From Actinomycetota bacterium (lineage in GTDB: Bacteria > Actinomycetota > Acidimicrobiia > IMCC26256 > JACPCJ01): 64,000 bases of DNA. A program made the translations under genes and the position numbers. Below the pieces are notes generated by a model. It did no database searches, was not told the DNA's origin, and worked only from the letters and a program-made list of their open reading frames with translations. This document shows positions 45,989 through 55,613 of the stretch, piece by piece. Where the stretch lies: assembly GCA_016179865.1 (NCBI GenBank), contig JACPCJ010000106.1, positions 8,950 through 72,949 of the forward strand, given 5' to 3'. Every line of letters begins with the position of its first letter. Position 1 is the stretch's first letter.

Positions 45989-46642
45989 TCACGCGCAGCA
46001 GGTGTCCTCGAGGCTCTCGGCGTGCCAGGCGTCTCGCGCCTCGCGGGCGGCGAAGAAGGCGATACCCAGGCCCGCCACCGGGTCGGCCCACCACCACCCG
46101 AGGCCGGCGCGCAGGGCCAGGCCGACCAGGAGGATGGCCGACAGCCACGCGCACAGCATCGTCTGGCGAGCCTCGGCGACCGCCGCGCTGGATCCGAGGA
46201 CGGGCGCCAGCGCCGCCTTGGCTCGGGCGAGCCAGGGCATGAACGCGAGCGAGAGGGCCGCCACAATCATCCCCGGCGTACTCGCCTCCGGCTCCGAGCC
46301 GGTGGCGAGGTCGCGGGTCGCTTCGAACACCACGTAGGCGGCGAGGGCGGCGAACGACAGGGCGACGAGGCGGACGGCGCGGCGGTCGAAGGGTTCCATG
46401 CACTCGTCGCGGCGTTCCTGATGCAGTCGCCACGCCAGCACCAGCGCCGCCGACACCTCGATGCCGGAGTCGAGGCCGAAGCCGATCAGGCTGACCGACC
46501 CGGCGGCGATCCCGGCGCTGACCGCCACCACCCCTTCGACGACGTTCCACCAGATGGTGAGGCGGTTGAGGCGCCGCAGCCTGCGTACCGCGCCGGCACG
46601 GGCGGGATCGGGACTGGGAATCGTTCCTGCTCGCGGCTCCAC
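45989..46642 (-). CDS. Cation (Co/Zn/Cd) transporter, short CDF-like
   Basis: WNVVEG, GFGLDSGIE, WWADP motifs and a C-terminal CC. Confidence 0.85.
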   Translation of the reverse strand: MEPRAGTIPSPDPARAGAVRRLRRLNRLTIWWNVVEGVVAVSAGIAAGSVSLIGFGLDSGIEVSAALVLAWRLHQERRDECMEPFDRRAVRLVALSFAALAAYVVFEATRDLATGSEPEASTPGMIVAALSLAFMPWLARAKAALAPVLGSSAAVAEARQTMLCAWLSAILLVGLALRAGLGWWWADPVAGLGIAFFAAREARDAWHAESLEDTCCA

Positions 46643-46700
46643 TGGCGAAGTGTAGTGCGTCGGTTCTCAGCAATTCTCAGATCCGGTAGGGTAGTTCGCG

Positions 46701-47138
46701 ATGACCGCCGAACTTCACGTCCTGGCGGCGGCGCGCCTGCGCCGGGAGGACCAGCGCTACACGAGCAACCGGAGGGCCCTCGTCGACGCGCTCCAGGCCG
46801 CCGACGGCCCGCTCACCATCCCCGAGCTCCTGGAGCGGTGCCCTGGTGTCCCCCAGAGCTCGGCCTACCGGAACCTGGCCCTGCTCGAACAGGCCCGGGT
46901 GGTTCACCGAATCGTCACCACTGACGAGTTCGCCCGCTTCGAGCTCACCGAGGAGCTGACCGAAGACCACCACCACCACCTCATCTGTTCGCGGTGCGGA
47001 TCGGTTACCGACTTCTCGGTCCCCCCGTCCCTCGAGCGGCGGCTCGAAAAGGCCCTCGACGAGGTCGCCGGCGCGACCGGGTTCGCGGCGGAGCACCACC
47101 GGTTCGACCTCGTCGGTCGCTGCGCCGACTGCGCGTAG
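46701..47138 (+). CDS. Fur family transcriptional regulator (Zur-like)
   Basis: SSAYRNL, HHHHLICSRCG and C-terminal CADC. Confidence 0.9.
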   Translation: MTAELHVLAAARLRREDQRYTSNRRALVDALQAADGPLTIPELLERCPGVPQSSAYRNLALLEQARVVHRIVTTDEFARFELTEELTEDHHHHLICSRCGSVTDFSVPPSLERRLEKALDEVAGATGFAAEHHRFDLVGRCADCA

Positions 47139-47160
47139 CGCGGCGCCTCGGCGGGTGGCG

Positions 47161-47811
47161 TCAGCTGCCGGCGGCCAGACGTTCGAGCCGGGCGAAGAGC
47201 GCCTCCGGCGCCATCTCACCGCTGGCCCGTTCCGCGACCGTGCCGTCACCGTCGACGAACACCCAGAACGGGGTGCCCGACAGGCCGTAGGCCGTCGCCA
47301 CCGACGAGTCTTCATCGTCGACGAGGACCGGTAGGGGCCAGCCGGCCTTGTCCAGCCACTCGTCGGGAGGGAAGTTCCCGCGCCGAGGGGCGACGAGGGT
47401 CGAGACGCTGACCAGCCGAACGCCCTCGGGGGTGGGGTGGTCAGCCAGGTAGGCGGTCAGGGCCTCGACCTCGGCCTGGCAGTGCGGGCACCAGTGGGCG
47501 AGAAACACGATGGCCTGGGGGCCGTCGCCGGGGAGGACGACGGGCGAGCCGGCGAAGTCTTCGCCGGAGACCGCTGGAGCGGGGTCACCCACGGCGTCGT
47601 CGCTCCCGCCCGCTGCGTACTCGGGCAGGACGGATCCTCCGGCCTCGACCGGCGCTGTGACCCCCTCCAGTGACACGTCGTCTCCGCCGAGGCCGGCAAC
47701 GACGGCGGCGACGCCACCGAGGACGACCACGGCCACGGCGAGCGTGAAGGGGCTGACCCTCCTTCGCTTGGCAGGCCGCTTGACGGGACGGATCTTGCGC
47801 TTGTTACTCAT
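47161..47811 (-). CDS. TlpA-like thiol-disulfide oxidoreductase
   Basis: N-terminal TM, FLAHWCPHC and GTP motifs. Confidence 0.88.
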   Translation of the reverse strand: MSNKRKIRPVKRPAKRRRVSPFTLAVAVVVLGGVAAVVAGLGGDDVSLEGVTAPVEAGGSVLPEYAAGGSDDAVGDPAPAVSGEDFAGSPVVLPGDGPQAIVFLAHWCPHCQAEVEALTAYLADHPTPEGVRLVSVSTLVAPRRGNFPPDEWLDKAGWPLPVLVDDEDSSVATAYGLSGTPFWVFVDGDGTVAERASGEMAPEALFARLERLAAGS

Positions 47812-48343
47812 GGCTCTCCAGTGGTGCGGGGCGGCCGAGGGCGATCATCAGCAGCCCGACGAAGAGGAAGGCGCTCCCAGCCTCGTAGGCGAGGGTGATA
47901 AATCCGAACTTCCAGAACCAGGGTGCTGTGCAGGGTGCGGCCAGGTCGCAGGCGCCCTCGGCGGCGAGCCGGGGCACGTGCTCGATGAGGTTGTGGTACA
48001 GCGAAATCGGAAGGCCGATGACGGCAAGGGTGAGCGCGTACGGCCGCACGCCGCGGTCGCCGCGCACCACGAGGATCACCGCCAGCGGGTACATGAGGAT
48101 GCGCTGGTACCAGCACAGCTCGCAGGGCACGAAGTGTTCGACCTCGCTGAAGTACAGCGACCCCGCGGTGGCGACCCCTGCCACCAACGCCCCGAGGCGG
48201 ATTGCTTCGGAGCCGGCGGCGCTGAGCAGCGACGCCGCCCAGTGGCGGCCCCTTCCTGCAACGAGTGCGGCCACGACGGCCACCGACGCCACATTTGTCA
48301 GGAGAGCGAGGAGGGCGGTGAAGGTGATGACCGAGCCGGTCAT
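47804..48343 (-). CDS. dsbB: Disulfide bond formation protein B (DsbB/BdbC)
   Basis: GSLYFSE...PCELCWYQRILMYP and a second Cys pair. Confidence 0.9.
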   Translation of the reverse strand: MTGSVITFTALLALLTNVASVAVVAALVAGRGRHWAASLLSAAGSEAIRLGALVAGVATAGSLYFSEVEHFVPCELCWYQRILMYPLAVILVVRGDRGVRPYALTLAVIGLPISLYHNLIEHVPRLAAEGACDLAAPCTAPWFWKFGFITLAYEAGSAFLFVGLLMIALGRPAPLESHE

Positions 48344-48411
48344 GGGGCGCTCAGCCTATGGGGCTGCCCTCGAAGGATCGGCGTCGGGATGGCGCCGGTA
48401 GTCTGCCCACC

Positions 48412-50010
48412 ATGACGGAATCGAAAGGCCCGGTCTCTCCGGGGGGCGGCGACCTTCACGATTGGGGCCCCCTCGTCGGTGATCTCAAGGAGCGGCGTGA
48501 ACATGCCCTCGGGATGGGAGGCCCCGAGCGGATCGAGCGCCAGCATTCGCTCGGCAAGCTCACCGTTCGGGAGCGGCTCGACCTGCTCCTCGATCGCGGC
48601 ACCTGGGTCGAGTACGGCCTCCTGGCCGATCACATGGACCCGGGGTTCGGTGACCGGCACCTGGCCGCCGACGGGTGCGTCACCGGCGTAGGCGAGATCG
48701 ACGGCCGCCGGGTGGCCATCGCCGCCTACGACTTCACCGTCATGGCCGGGTCGATGGGAGCCGTTGGCGAGTTCAAGGTGGCTCGCATGCGGGAGTTGGC
48801 CTTGCACCAGCGCGTCCCCATGATCTGGCTGCTCGACTCGGCCGGCGCCCGCATCCAGCAGTCGGCGGGCTCCACGTTCGCCGGCGCCGGGGCCCTGTTC
48901 CGGGAGCAGGTGGCGATGAGCGGGGTGGTCCCGATGGTGGCGGCGATGCTCGGCCACTGCGCGGCGGGCACCGCCTACATCCCCGCCCTCGCCGACTTCG
49001 TTCCCATGGTGAAGGGCGTTTCGTCGATGGCCCTGGGGGGCCGTCACCTCGTGAAGGCCGCCGTCGGAGAGGACGTGACCGAGGAGGAGATGGGCGGCTC
49101 CGAAGTGCACACGAAGATCTCGGGCTGCGCCGACCTCGAGGTGGCCGACGACAAGGAGTGCCTCGAGATCGTGCGGAAGTACCTCTCGTACTTCCCGGCC
49201 CACAACGGCGAGCAGCCGCCGTCGGTCACCAGCACCGACCCCGTCGACCGGCGAACCGAGGAGCTGTACGACATCGTGCCCACGGCCCCCCGGCGGGCCT
49301 ACGACATGTACAAGGTGGTGGCCGCCGTGGTCGACGACGGCGACTACCTCGCCATCAAGCCCGAGTTCGCCAAGAACCTCGTCACCGTGCTGGCCCGGAT
49401 CGGCGGCCATCCCGTCGGCGTCGTCGCCAACCAGCCCAAGGTGCTGGGGGGCGCCCTCGACGTCGACTCCGCCGACAAGGCGGCCCGGTTCGTGTGGCTG
49501 TGCGATGCCTTCAACATCCCGCTCGTGTTCCTTCACGACGTCCCCGGTTTCATCGTGGGTTCGGCGGTCGAGAAGCAGGGGATCATCCGTCACGGCGCCA
49601 AGATGCTGTTCGCCGTCTCCGAGGCCACGGTGCCCAAGGTCAGCGTGGTGCTCCGCAAGAGCTACGGGGCCGGCTACTTCGTCATGAACGGGCTGGCCTA
49701 CGAGGCCGACTACATCGTCGGCTGGCCGACGGCCGAGATCTCGGTCATGGGTCCCGACGGCGCCGTCAACATCATCTTCCGGAAGGAACTCGAGGCCATC
49801 GAGGACGAGGAGGAGCGTGCTCAGCGCCGCCTTGAGATGGCCGAGGAAATCCGTCGCACGATCGATCCCTACATCGCCGCCGGCCACGCCCGCATCGACG
49901 ACGTGATTGACCCCGCCGAGACCCGTCACGCCATCTGGCGTGGCCTCCAGGTGGCCCGCGACAAGCAGGTCGACCGCCCGTGGCGCAAGCACGGTGTGCT
50001 CCCCGTCTGA
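48412..50010 (+). CDS. Acyl-CoA carboxylase carboxyltransferase (beta) subunit
   Basis: GKLTVRER, DFTVMAGS, DSAGARIQ, DVPGF and RKHG motifs. Confidence 0.95.
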   Translation: MTESKGPVSPGGGDLHDWGPLVGDLKERREHALGMGGPERIERQHSLGKLTVRERLDLLLDRGTWVEYGLLADHMDPGFGDRHLAADGCVTGVGEIDGRRVAIAAYDFTVMAGSMGAVGEFKVARMRELALHQRVPMIWLLDSAGARIQQSAGSTFAGAGALFREQVAMSGVVPMVAAMLGHCAAGTAYIPALADFVPMVKGVSSMALGGRHLVKAAVGEDVTEEEMGGSEVHTKISGCADLEVADDKECLEIVRKYLSYFPAHNGEQPPSVTSTDPVDRRTEELYDIVPTAPRRAYDMYKVVAAVVDDGDYLAIKPEFAKNLVTVLARIGGHPVGVVANQPKVLGGALDVDSADKAARFVWLCDAFNIPLVFLHDVPGFIVGSAVEKQGIIRHGAKMLFAVSEATVPKVSVVLRKSYGAGYFVMNGLAYEADYIVGWPTAEISVMGPDGAVNIIFRKELEAIEDEEERAQRRLEMAEEIRRTIDPYIAAGHARIDDVIDPAETRHAIWRGLQVARDKQVDRPWRKHGVLPV

Positions 50011-50029
50011 CCTCCTAGAGCCCTAAAGG

Positions 50030-50803
50030 TCACGAACCGAGGTGGGGCCGGGGGTAGTTGACCGTTAGGAAGTCCTCCCAGGTCACGGTGCCGACGGCCT
50101 GGTCAGGGCAGGTGTGGACGCCGTCCCGGAAGGCCCGGCCGATGCGGCCGGGGACGGGAAGGGAGACGATCGGGCGGCGCTTGCCGCGGGAGCGCAACCA
50201 GGCCCGAACGAGGTCGGCGAACGCACGGACCTCGGGGCCACCCGTGTCGGCAACCCGCCCCGACGGCCCGGCGGTGACCAGGCCCACCAGTACGGCCGCG
50301 TACTCCGCGGTGTCGACGGGTTGGAACACGAAGCCCCGCCCGACGGGAACCGCGGGCAGGCGCGTGACGGGTCGCAGCCCGGTGTCCAGGAGGTCGTGGA
50401 ACTGGGTCGCGCGAGCGATGGTCCACGGAACGTGTCCCGCCTCCACGACTTGCTCGGCTTCCCACTTCCGCCGGTAGTACGGGAAGGGGTGGCGGTCGAC
50501 GCCGACGATTGACGGGTAGATCACGTGCTCGACGCCGCCCGCGGCGGCCGTGTCGAGCAACCGTCGGGTTCCTTCGACGTCGACGGCCCGGCTCTTGCGG
50601 AAGGGGCTCGTGGCCGCGTGCACGACCACCTCGACGCCCTCAAGCGCCGCCTCGAGCCCCTCGCCGGTCCGCAGGTCGCCCCGGGCGCAGTCGGCGCGGT
50701 CCTGGCGTGAAAGCACTCGGGTCTCGTGGCCCGCCTCCGTGAGGGCGGGGACGAGCACCCGTCCCAGCATTCCTGTCCCACCGGTCACCAGAACTCGGGC
50801 CAC
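50030..50803 (-). CDS. NAD(P)-dependent SDR/NmrA-like oxidoreductase
   Basis: VTGGTGMLG, YYRRK and RATQFH motifs. Confidence 0.88.
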   Translation of the reverse strand: MARVLVTGGTGMLGRVLVPALTEAGHETRVLSRQDRADCARGDLRTGEGLEAALEGVEVVVHAATSPFRKSRAVDVEGTRRLLDTAAAGGVEHVIYPSIVGVDRHPFPYYRRKWEAEQVVEAGHVPWTIARATQFHDLLDTGLRPVTRLPAVPVGRGFVFQPVDTAEYAAVLVGLVTAGPSGRVADTGGPEVRAFADLVRAWLRSRGKRRPIVSLPVPGRIGRAFRDGVHTCPDQAVGTVTWEDFLTVNYPRPHLGS

Positions 50804-50823
50804 GTCGCGTAGTGTGCCCCGGC

Positions 50824-51045
50824 ATGGGCATTGAGGTCCGGGCCGAGATCACGGCCAACGTCTGGCAGGTGGTGGCGGAGGTGGGCCAGATGGTCGCCGA
50901 GGGCGACGAACTGGTGATCCTCGAGTCGATGAAGATGGAGATCCCCGTCGAGGCACCGGTGTCGGGGACGCTGACCGAGCTGCACGTCGAGCCCGAGCAG
51001 CAGGTGCAGGAGGGCGATCTCATCGCTCTCATCGACGACGCGTAG
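50824..51045 (+). CDS. Biotin/lipoyl carrier protein
   Basis: ILESMKMEIPV biotinylation motif. Confidence 0.93.
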   Translation: MGIEVRAEITANVWQVVAEVGQMVAEGDELVILESMKMEIPVEAPVSGTLTELHVEPEQQVQEGDLIALIDDA

Positions 51046-51066
51046 AGCGTCGTCCGAGACGGCCCG

Positions 51067-51837
51067 ATGTCGATCGACTGGGAAGAGCGGGGCGCGGTCG
51101 GCCTCGCCACCATCAACCGCCCCGAGCGGCGCAACGCCCTCGACGCCGAGCACTGCGACGCGCTGCGGGAGCGCCTCGAATCCCAGGCCGGCCTCAGGGC
51201 CCTCGTGATCACCGGTGCCGGGTCGGCGTTCTGCGCCGGCGCCGACCTCGGAACGAGGTTTGAAGACGGGCACCAGCCCTCCGAACCCGCCGATCCCTTC
51301 CACGACGTGCTCCAACGGCTCCTCGACGCCGTCGCCGAGCACCCGCTCCCGGTCATCGCCGCTGTGAATGGGGCCGCCCTCGGGGCCGGCACCCAGCTGG
51401 CGGTGGCGTGTGACCTGCGGGTCTCCTCGCCCGAGGCCGTGTTCGGCATCCCAGCGGCGCGCCTCGGCATCATGATCTCGGCCGCCAGCACGGAGCGCAT
51501 CGTCCGGGTCGTCGGACACGCCCACGCCGCCGAGATGCTCATCACGGGCCGCCGTTACGCCGCCGAGGACGCGCATCGGGTCGGCCTCGCGCATCGCGTC
51601 GCCCAACACGCGCTCGCCGACGCCCTCTCCTGGGCTGAGGAGATCGCCGAGCTGGCGCCGCTCTCGGTCCAAGGCCACAAGCGTTCACTCAACCTGGTCG
51701 CCGCCGCCTCGGCGCTCGGCGACGCCGGCCGGGCCGAGATCGCCGGGCTCATCGCAGAAACGGTGGCGTCCGACGACCTGCGCGAGGGCGTCGCCGCCTT
51801 CAACGAAAAGCGGCCGCCGAGCTTCACGGGCCGGTGA
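51067..51837 (+). CDS. Enoyl-CoA hydratase/isomerase
   Basis: AFCAGADL, GAALGAG and ACDLR motifs. Confidence 0.9.
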   Translation: MSIDWEERGAVGLATINRPERRNALDAEHCDALRERLESQAGLRALVITGAGSAFCAGADLGTRFEDGHQPSEPADPFHDVLQRLLDAVAEHPLPVIAAVNGAALGAGTQLAVACDLRVSSPEAVFGIPAARLGIMISAASTERIVRVVGHAHAAEMLITGRRYAAEDAHRVGLAHRVAQHALADALSWAEEIAELAPLSVQGHKRSLNLVAAASALGDAGRAEIAGLIAETVASDDLREGVAAFNEKRPPSFTGR

Positions 51838-52133
51838 CCCCGGTCGTTGCTTCTTCGCCCGTCACATAGCGGGGTAGAGAAGCAAAGTTCGTGGGGGGAC
51901 GGTGACGATTCTCACACCGGGGTGAGCAGGAGTTCCGGGGGCCGGCGGGCGCCTCGTCGACCGACGTCGAGGGGCGTGGCCTGCTCCCCGCAACGGGTGG
52001 TCCAAGCGCCCTTGTAGGTCTTTTGGGGCTGTTCGGACTGGGCCCTGCGATCCTTCGCCAGATCCGTCGATAACTGGCTAATTCCGGCAATTCTTACTCA
52101 ATCCCAGCCGGCACGACGCCGATACCACGTTCC

Positions 52134-54044
52134 GTGGGAGAGGTGCGCGCGTCGGGCGCGCGAAATCGAGCCCTGGCGGCCGTGGCCGCCGGCGCGGCTG
52201 TGGTCTCGACGGCCGTCTTCGTCTTGCCCGACAACGCCTACGCCGCGACCTACACCGTCACCAAGACCGCCGACACCGCCGACGGCGCGTGCGACGCCGA
52301 CTGCTCCCTCCGCGAGGCAGTCATGGCCGCCAACGCCTCGGCCGGATCCGATCTGATCCAGCTCTCCAGCGGTACTTACCGTCTCACGATCTTCAACCTT
52401 GGGGGTGACGACGACTTCAGCGTCAGCGGAGACCTCGACGTCCGCGACTCCATCACCATCCGGGGCGACGGGGAGACCGTCACGACCATCGACGCCAGCG
52501 CTGTTCCTGACCGTGTCATCGAGACCGTCAGCGGTGCGCTCGCCCTCGACGATCTCACCCTCGCCGGCGGCAACGGGGTCAGCGCCGGCGCCGGCATCCA
52601 GCACAATTCGACCGGGGCCCTCACGCTCACCAACACCACGGTGAGGGACAACGCCGCCCGCTCCGTGACTGCCGACGCGTCGGGCGGGGGGGTCGAGGTC
52701 AACGCGACGGCGGCGGTGAGCATCACGGACTCGGAGATCTCGAACAACGACGCCACGAGCACCGTGGACAGCGCCGAGGGTGGTGGTATCGAGTTCGCCC
52801 GCGGCAGCCTGACGATCACGCGATCCCTGATCGATGGGAACGAAGCCTGGGGTGCGACCCGGGCGAATGGAGGCGGCATCGACGGGGGATACGACCTGAT
52901 CTCGCTCGTGGACTCGACCGTGAGGTCGAACACCGCTCACGGCGTGGCTCAAGGATCGGACGGCGGGGCGCTCTCCCACGCCCAGGGCAACGTGGCGGTG
53001 ACCGGGTCAACCGTTTCCGGGAATGTCGCCTCCTCCGACAACCTCATCTGGGTGGGCGAGGGCGCGGGGCTCCACCTTTCCCAGGGCTCGGTGACGGTCA
53101 CGAACTCCACGATTTCTGGGAACAGCTCGGACGACACTCCGGGGGTGTACGCCGGGCACGGGTCGGTGACCCTGCGGTATGCGACGGTCGCCGGCAACAC
53201 GGGGTCGGGCGCTGTCGGTACGGCGTCGGCGACGCTCAGCCTGACCGGCACCATCGTGTCGGGGAATACCGAGCCGCAGTGCACCGATCCGGTGATTTCC
53301 GGCGGCGGCAACGTCGACTCGGGGAGCTCGTGCGGGCTCTCGGGCTCGTCCGACCGATCGAGCACCGATCCCATGCTGGATCCGCTCGCCGACAACGGGG
53401 GGGCGACCCAGACGCGCTCTCTTGGGAATTCCAGCCCCGCCATCGACCTCGCTGGCGATTGCTCCGCGTACGTGACCACCGACCAGCGGGGTGAGGCCCG
53501 TCCCGCGGACGGAAATGGTGACGGGACGAGCGCGTGTGACGCCGGGGCGTATGAAGTCCCGCCCGGTGGCGGCGGGGGCGGGTCCACCACCACCACAACG
53601 CCGCCTCCTCCACCACCGCCACCACCACCGCCCGAGACGACCACCACCACCACGGCCGTCACCGATCCGACGACGACTACTACGACGACGGTGCCTTCCT
53701 CGTCGCCCACCACCACGACGACGAGACCGGCAACCGCGGATGACGAGGTCTCGGGACGGGAGGAGCAGGCCTTGAGGGGGTCCGAACGATCTCGCTCGAA
53801 CGCCGAGGACCACTCGCGTGACCGGGGTCGGCTGTCTCTCGCCGGCGACCAGAAGCTGCCCCTGGCGGCGGACGTCGAGACGAGCACCGGTTGCACGGGT
53901 GCGGGTGTCGTCGGCGGCGTCATCGGCGGGGCGATCGTGGGGCTCATGGCGATGGCATCCCGCTGGCTCCCCCTCGGACTGGCGCGGCGTCGTCGTGAAG
54001 AGGACGACGACGAGGACGACCACGCCGGCCAGGCCCAGGCATAG
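52134..54044 (+). CDS. CSLREA-domain beta-helix surface protein with choice-of-anchor Q-like domain
   Basis: DCSLREAV, GGG(I/V) beta-helix repeats, DPMLDPLADNGG..T, DQRG..RP and CDAGAYE; Pro/Thr linker; C-terminal TM followed by RRRR. Confidence 0.88.
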   Translation: MGEVRASGARNRALAAVAAGAAVVSTAVFVLPDNAYAATYTVTKTADTADGACDADCSLREAVMAANASAGSDLIQLSSGTYRLTIFNLGGDDDFSVSGDLDVRDSITIRGDGETVTTIDASAVPDRVIETVSGALALDDLTLAGGNGVSAGAGIQHNSTGALTLTNTTVRDNAARSVTADASGGGVEVNATAAVSITDSEISNNDATSTVDSAEGGGIEFARGSLTITRSLIDGNEAWGATRANGGGIDGGYDLISLVDSTVRSNTAHGVAQGSDGGALSHAQGNVAVTGSTVSGNVASSDNLIWVGEGAGLHLSQGSVTVTNSTISGNSSDDTPGVYAGHGSVTLRYATVAGNTGSGAVGTASATLSLTGTIVSGNTEPQCTDPVISGGGNVDSGSSCGLSGSSDRSSTDPMLDPLADNGGATQTRSLGNSSPAIDLAGDCSAYVTTDQRGEARPADGNGDGTSACDAGAYEVPPGGGGGGSTTTTTPPPPPPPPPPPETTTTTTAVTDPTTTTTTTVPSSSPTTTTTRPATADDEVSGREEQALRGSERSRSNAEDHSRDRGRLSLAGDQKLPLAADVETSTGCTGAGVVGGVIGGAIVGLMAMASRWLPLGLARRRREEDDDEDDHAGQAQA

Positions 54045-54213
54045 GCATAGGCATAGGCCCGGCCTGAGCCCGGGCCCGGGCCCGGGCAAGAAAGCCCAGG
54101 ATTCGGCACGGCGTAGGCGCTCCCGCGGGGAGCGGTCGGCTGGCGGTTCGCCCCCCTCGGGGGAGCGTCCGTAGACTTTTTCCCCTGCCCGCCGGTCTGC
54201 AGCGCTGTACTCG

Positions 54214-54936
54214 GTGGGTCGTTTCCAGGGAGGAATCCCGCTGCAGCCCCTCGTTGCCCACCTCCGCTCGGCCGTCACCGTGCTCGGCCGCTACCCAGCC
54301 CTCGCCGGCGTCGATCTCGACGTCGCGGAGGGCGAGGTTGTTCTGCTCACGGGCCCGAACGGCGCCGGCAAGACCACCCTCCTTCGCCTCCTTGCCGGGC
54401 TGGCGCCGCTGACCGGAGGCCACGCCGAGGTCTTGGGTCACGACCTGCGTCAGGATCGCCGGGCCGTGCGCCGCCACGTGGCCGTCCTCGGGCACGAGAC
54501 CTTCTGCTACGAGGACCTGACCGTCCGGGAGAACCTGCGCTTCCACGCCCGCGCCGCCGGAGGATCCGTCGAGTCCGCCGACGCTGCCATCGAACGGGTG
54601 GGCCTGATCCGATCGGCCGACACCCCTCACCGGCTCCTTTCCGCCGGCCAGCGCCGCCGCCTGGCGCTGGGCGTGGTGGCGACCCGTCCGGCGCGCCTGC
54701 TGCTGCTCGACGAGCCCCACGCCGGTCTCGACGCCGCCGGGAGAGTGGTGCTCGACGACCTGATCGGGGCGGCCGGTGCTGAGGGCGTGACGGTTGTGAT
54801 GGCGAGTCACGAACTGGAGCGGGCCCGACCCCTCGCCACGAGAGAGGTGGCGATGGCGGGCGGCTACGCCGCCAGCGGTGTACTCGACCACGAACCGAGG
54901 CCTGCACGCTCCCGAACGACCGGAGCGCTTGTCTGA
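54214..54936 (+). CDS. ccmA: Heme ABC exporter ATP-binding protein CcmA
   Basis: GPNGAGKTT, LSAGQRRR and LLDEP; first gene of the ccm cluster. Confidence 0.9.
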   Translation: MGRFQGGIPLQPLVAHLRSAVTVLGRYPALAGVDLDVAEGEVVLLTGPNGAGKTTLLRLLAGLAPLTGGHAEVLGHDLRQDRRAVRRHVAVLGHETFCYEDLTVRENLRFHARAAGGSVESADAAIERVGLIRSADTPHRLLSAGQRRRLALGVVATRPARLLLLDEPHAGLDAAGRVVLDDLIGAAGAEGVTVVMASHELERARPLATREVAMAGGYAASGVLDHEPRPARSRTTGALV

Positions 54937-55613
54937 TGCGGCGCTTCGCGGGATCGGTGTTGCTCGTGGCCGGGAAGGACCTGCGCATCGAGGGAAGGTC
55001 GCGGGTCACGACCAACCAGGTCCTGCCGTTCGCCGGCCTCGTGCTCTTGCTGTTCGCGTTCGCCCTCGACCCCGACCGGGGCCTCCTGCCCCGGGTGGCG
55101 CCCGGGCTGTTCTGGGTGGCGGTACTCCTGGCCGCGCTGCTGGCCGTGTCCCGCGCCTTCGCCGTCGAGGCCGAGAACGGGGCGCGCGACGGGCTGCGGC
55201 TCTCGGTGCTCGACCCGGCTGCCGTCTACCTCGGCAAGGCCGCCGGCGTGGCGGCCCAGCTCGTCGCCCTGGAGGCGGTGCTCGCCGCGGGGTTGTTCGT
55301 GCTCTACGACGTGGACGCCCACCAGGTGTGGCTGCTGGCGCTCAGCGCGGGGCTCGCGACCGCGGGGCTGGCCGCCGCCGGTAGCGTCTACGGAGCGCTG
55401 GCGGCCGGGCTCCGGGTGCGCGAGACCCTCCTGCCTCTGTTGCTGCTCCCGGTCGTGGCGCCCGTCATGCTGGGGGCGACGCGGGCGTGGGAGGCAGCCC
55501 TCAACGGGGTGCCCTCCGACGCCTGGCCCTGGGTGCAGGTGATGGCCGCGTTCGCCGTGATGTACACGGCGCTTGGCGTCATCGCCTTCGGGCCCCTGCT
55601 GGAGGAATCATGA
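54936..55613 (+). CDS. ccmB: Heme exporter protein CcmB
   Basis: KDLRIE, PGLFW and LLPLLLLP motifs. Confidence 0.9.
   Translation: MRRFAGSVLLVAGKDLRIEGRSRVTTNQVLPFAGLVLLLFAFALDPDRGLLPRVAPGLFWVAVLLAALLAVSRAFAVEAENGARDGLRLSVLDPAAVYLGKAAGVAAQLVALEAVLAAGLFVLYDVDAHQVWLLALSAGLATAGLAAAGSVYGALAAGLRVRETLLPLLLLPVVAPVMLGATRAWEAALNGVPSDAWPWVQVMAAFAVMYTALGVIAFGPLLEES

Noticed and set aside
53570-53730. ACC/CCG trinucleotide runs
   Set aside because: Explained by the Pro/Thr linker of the CSLREA surface protein
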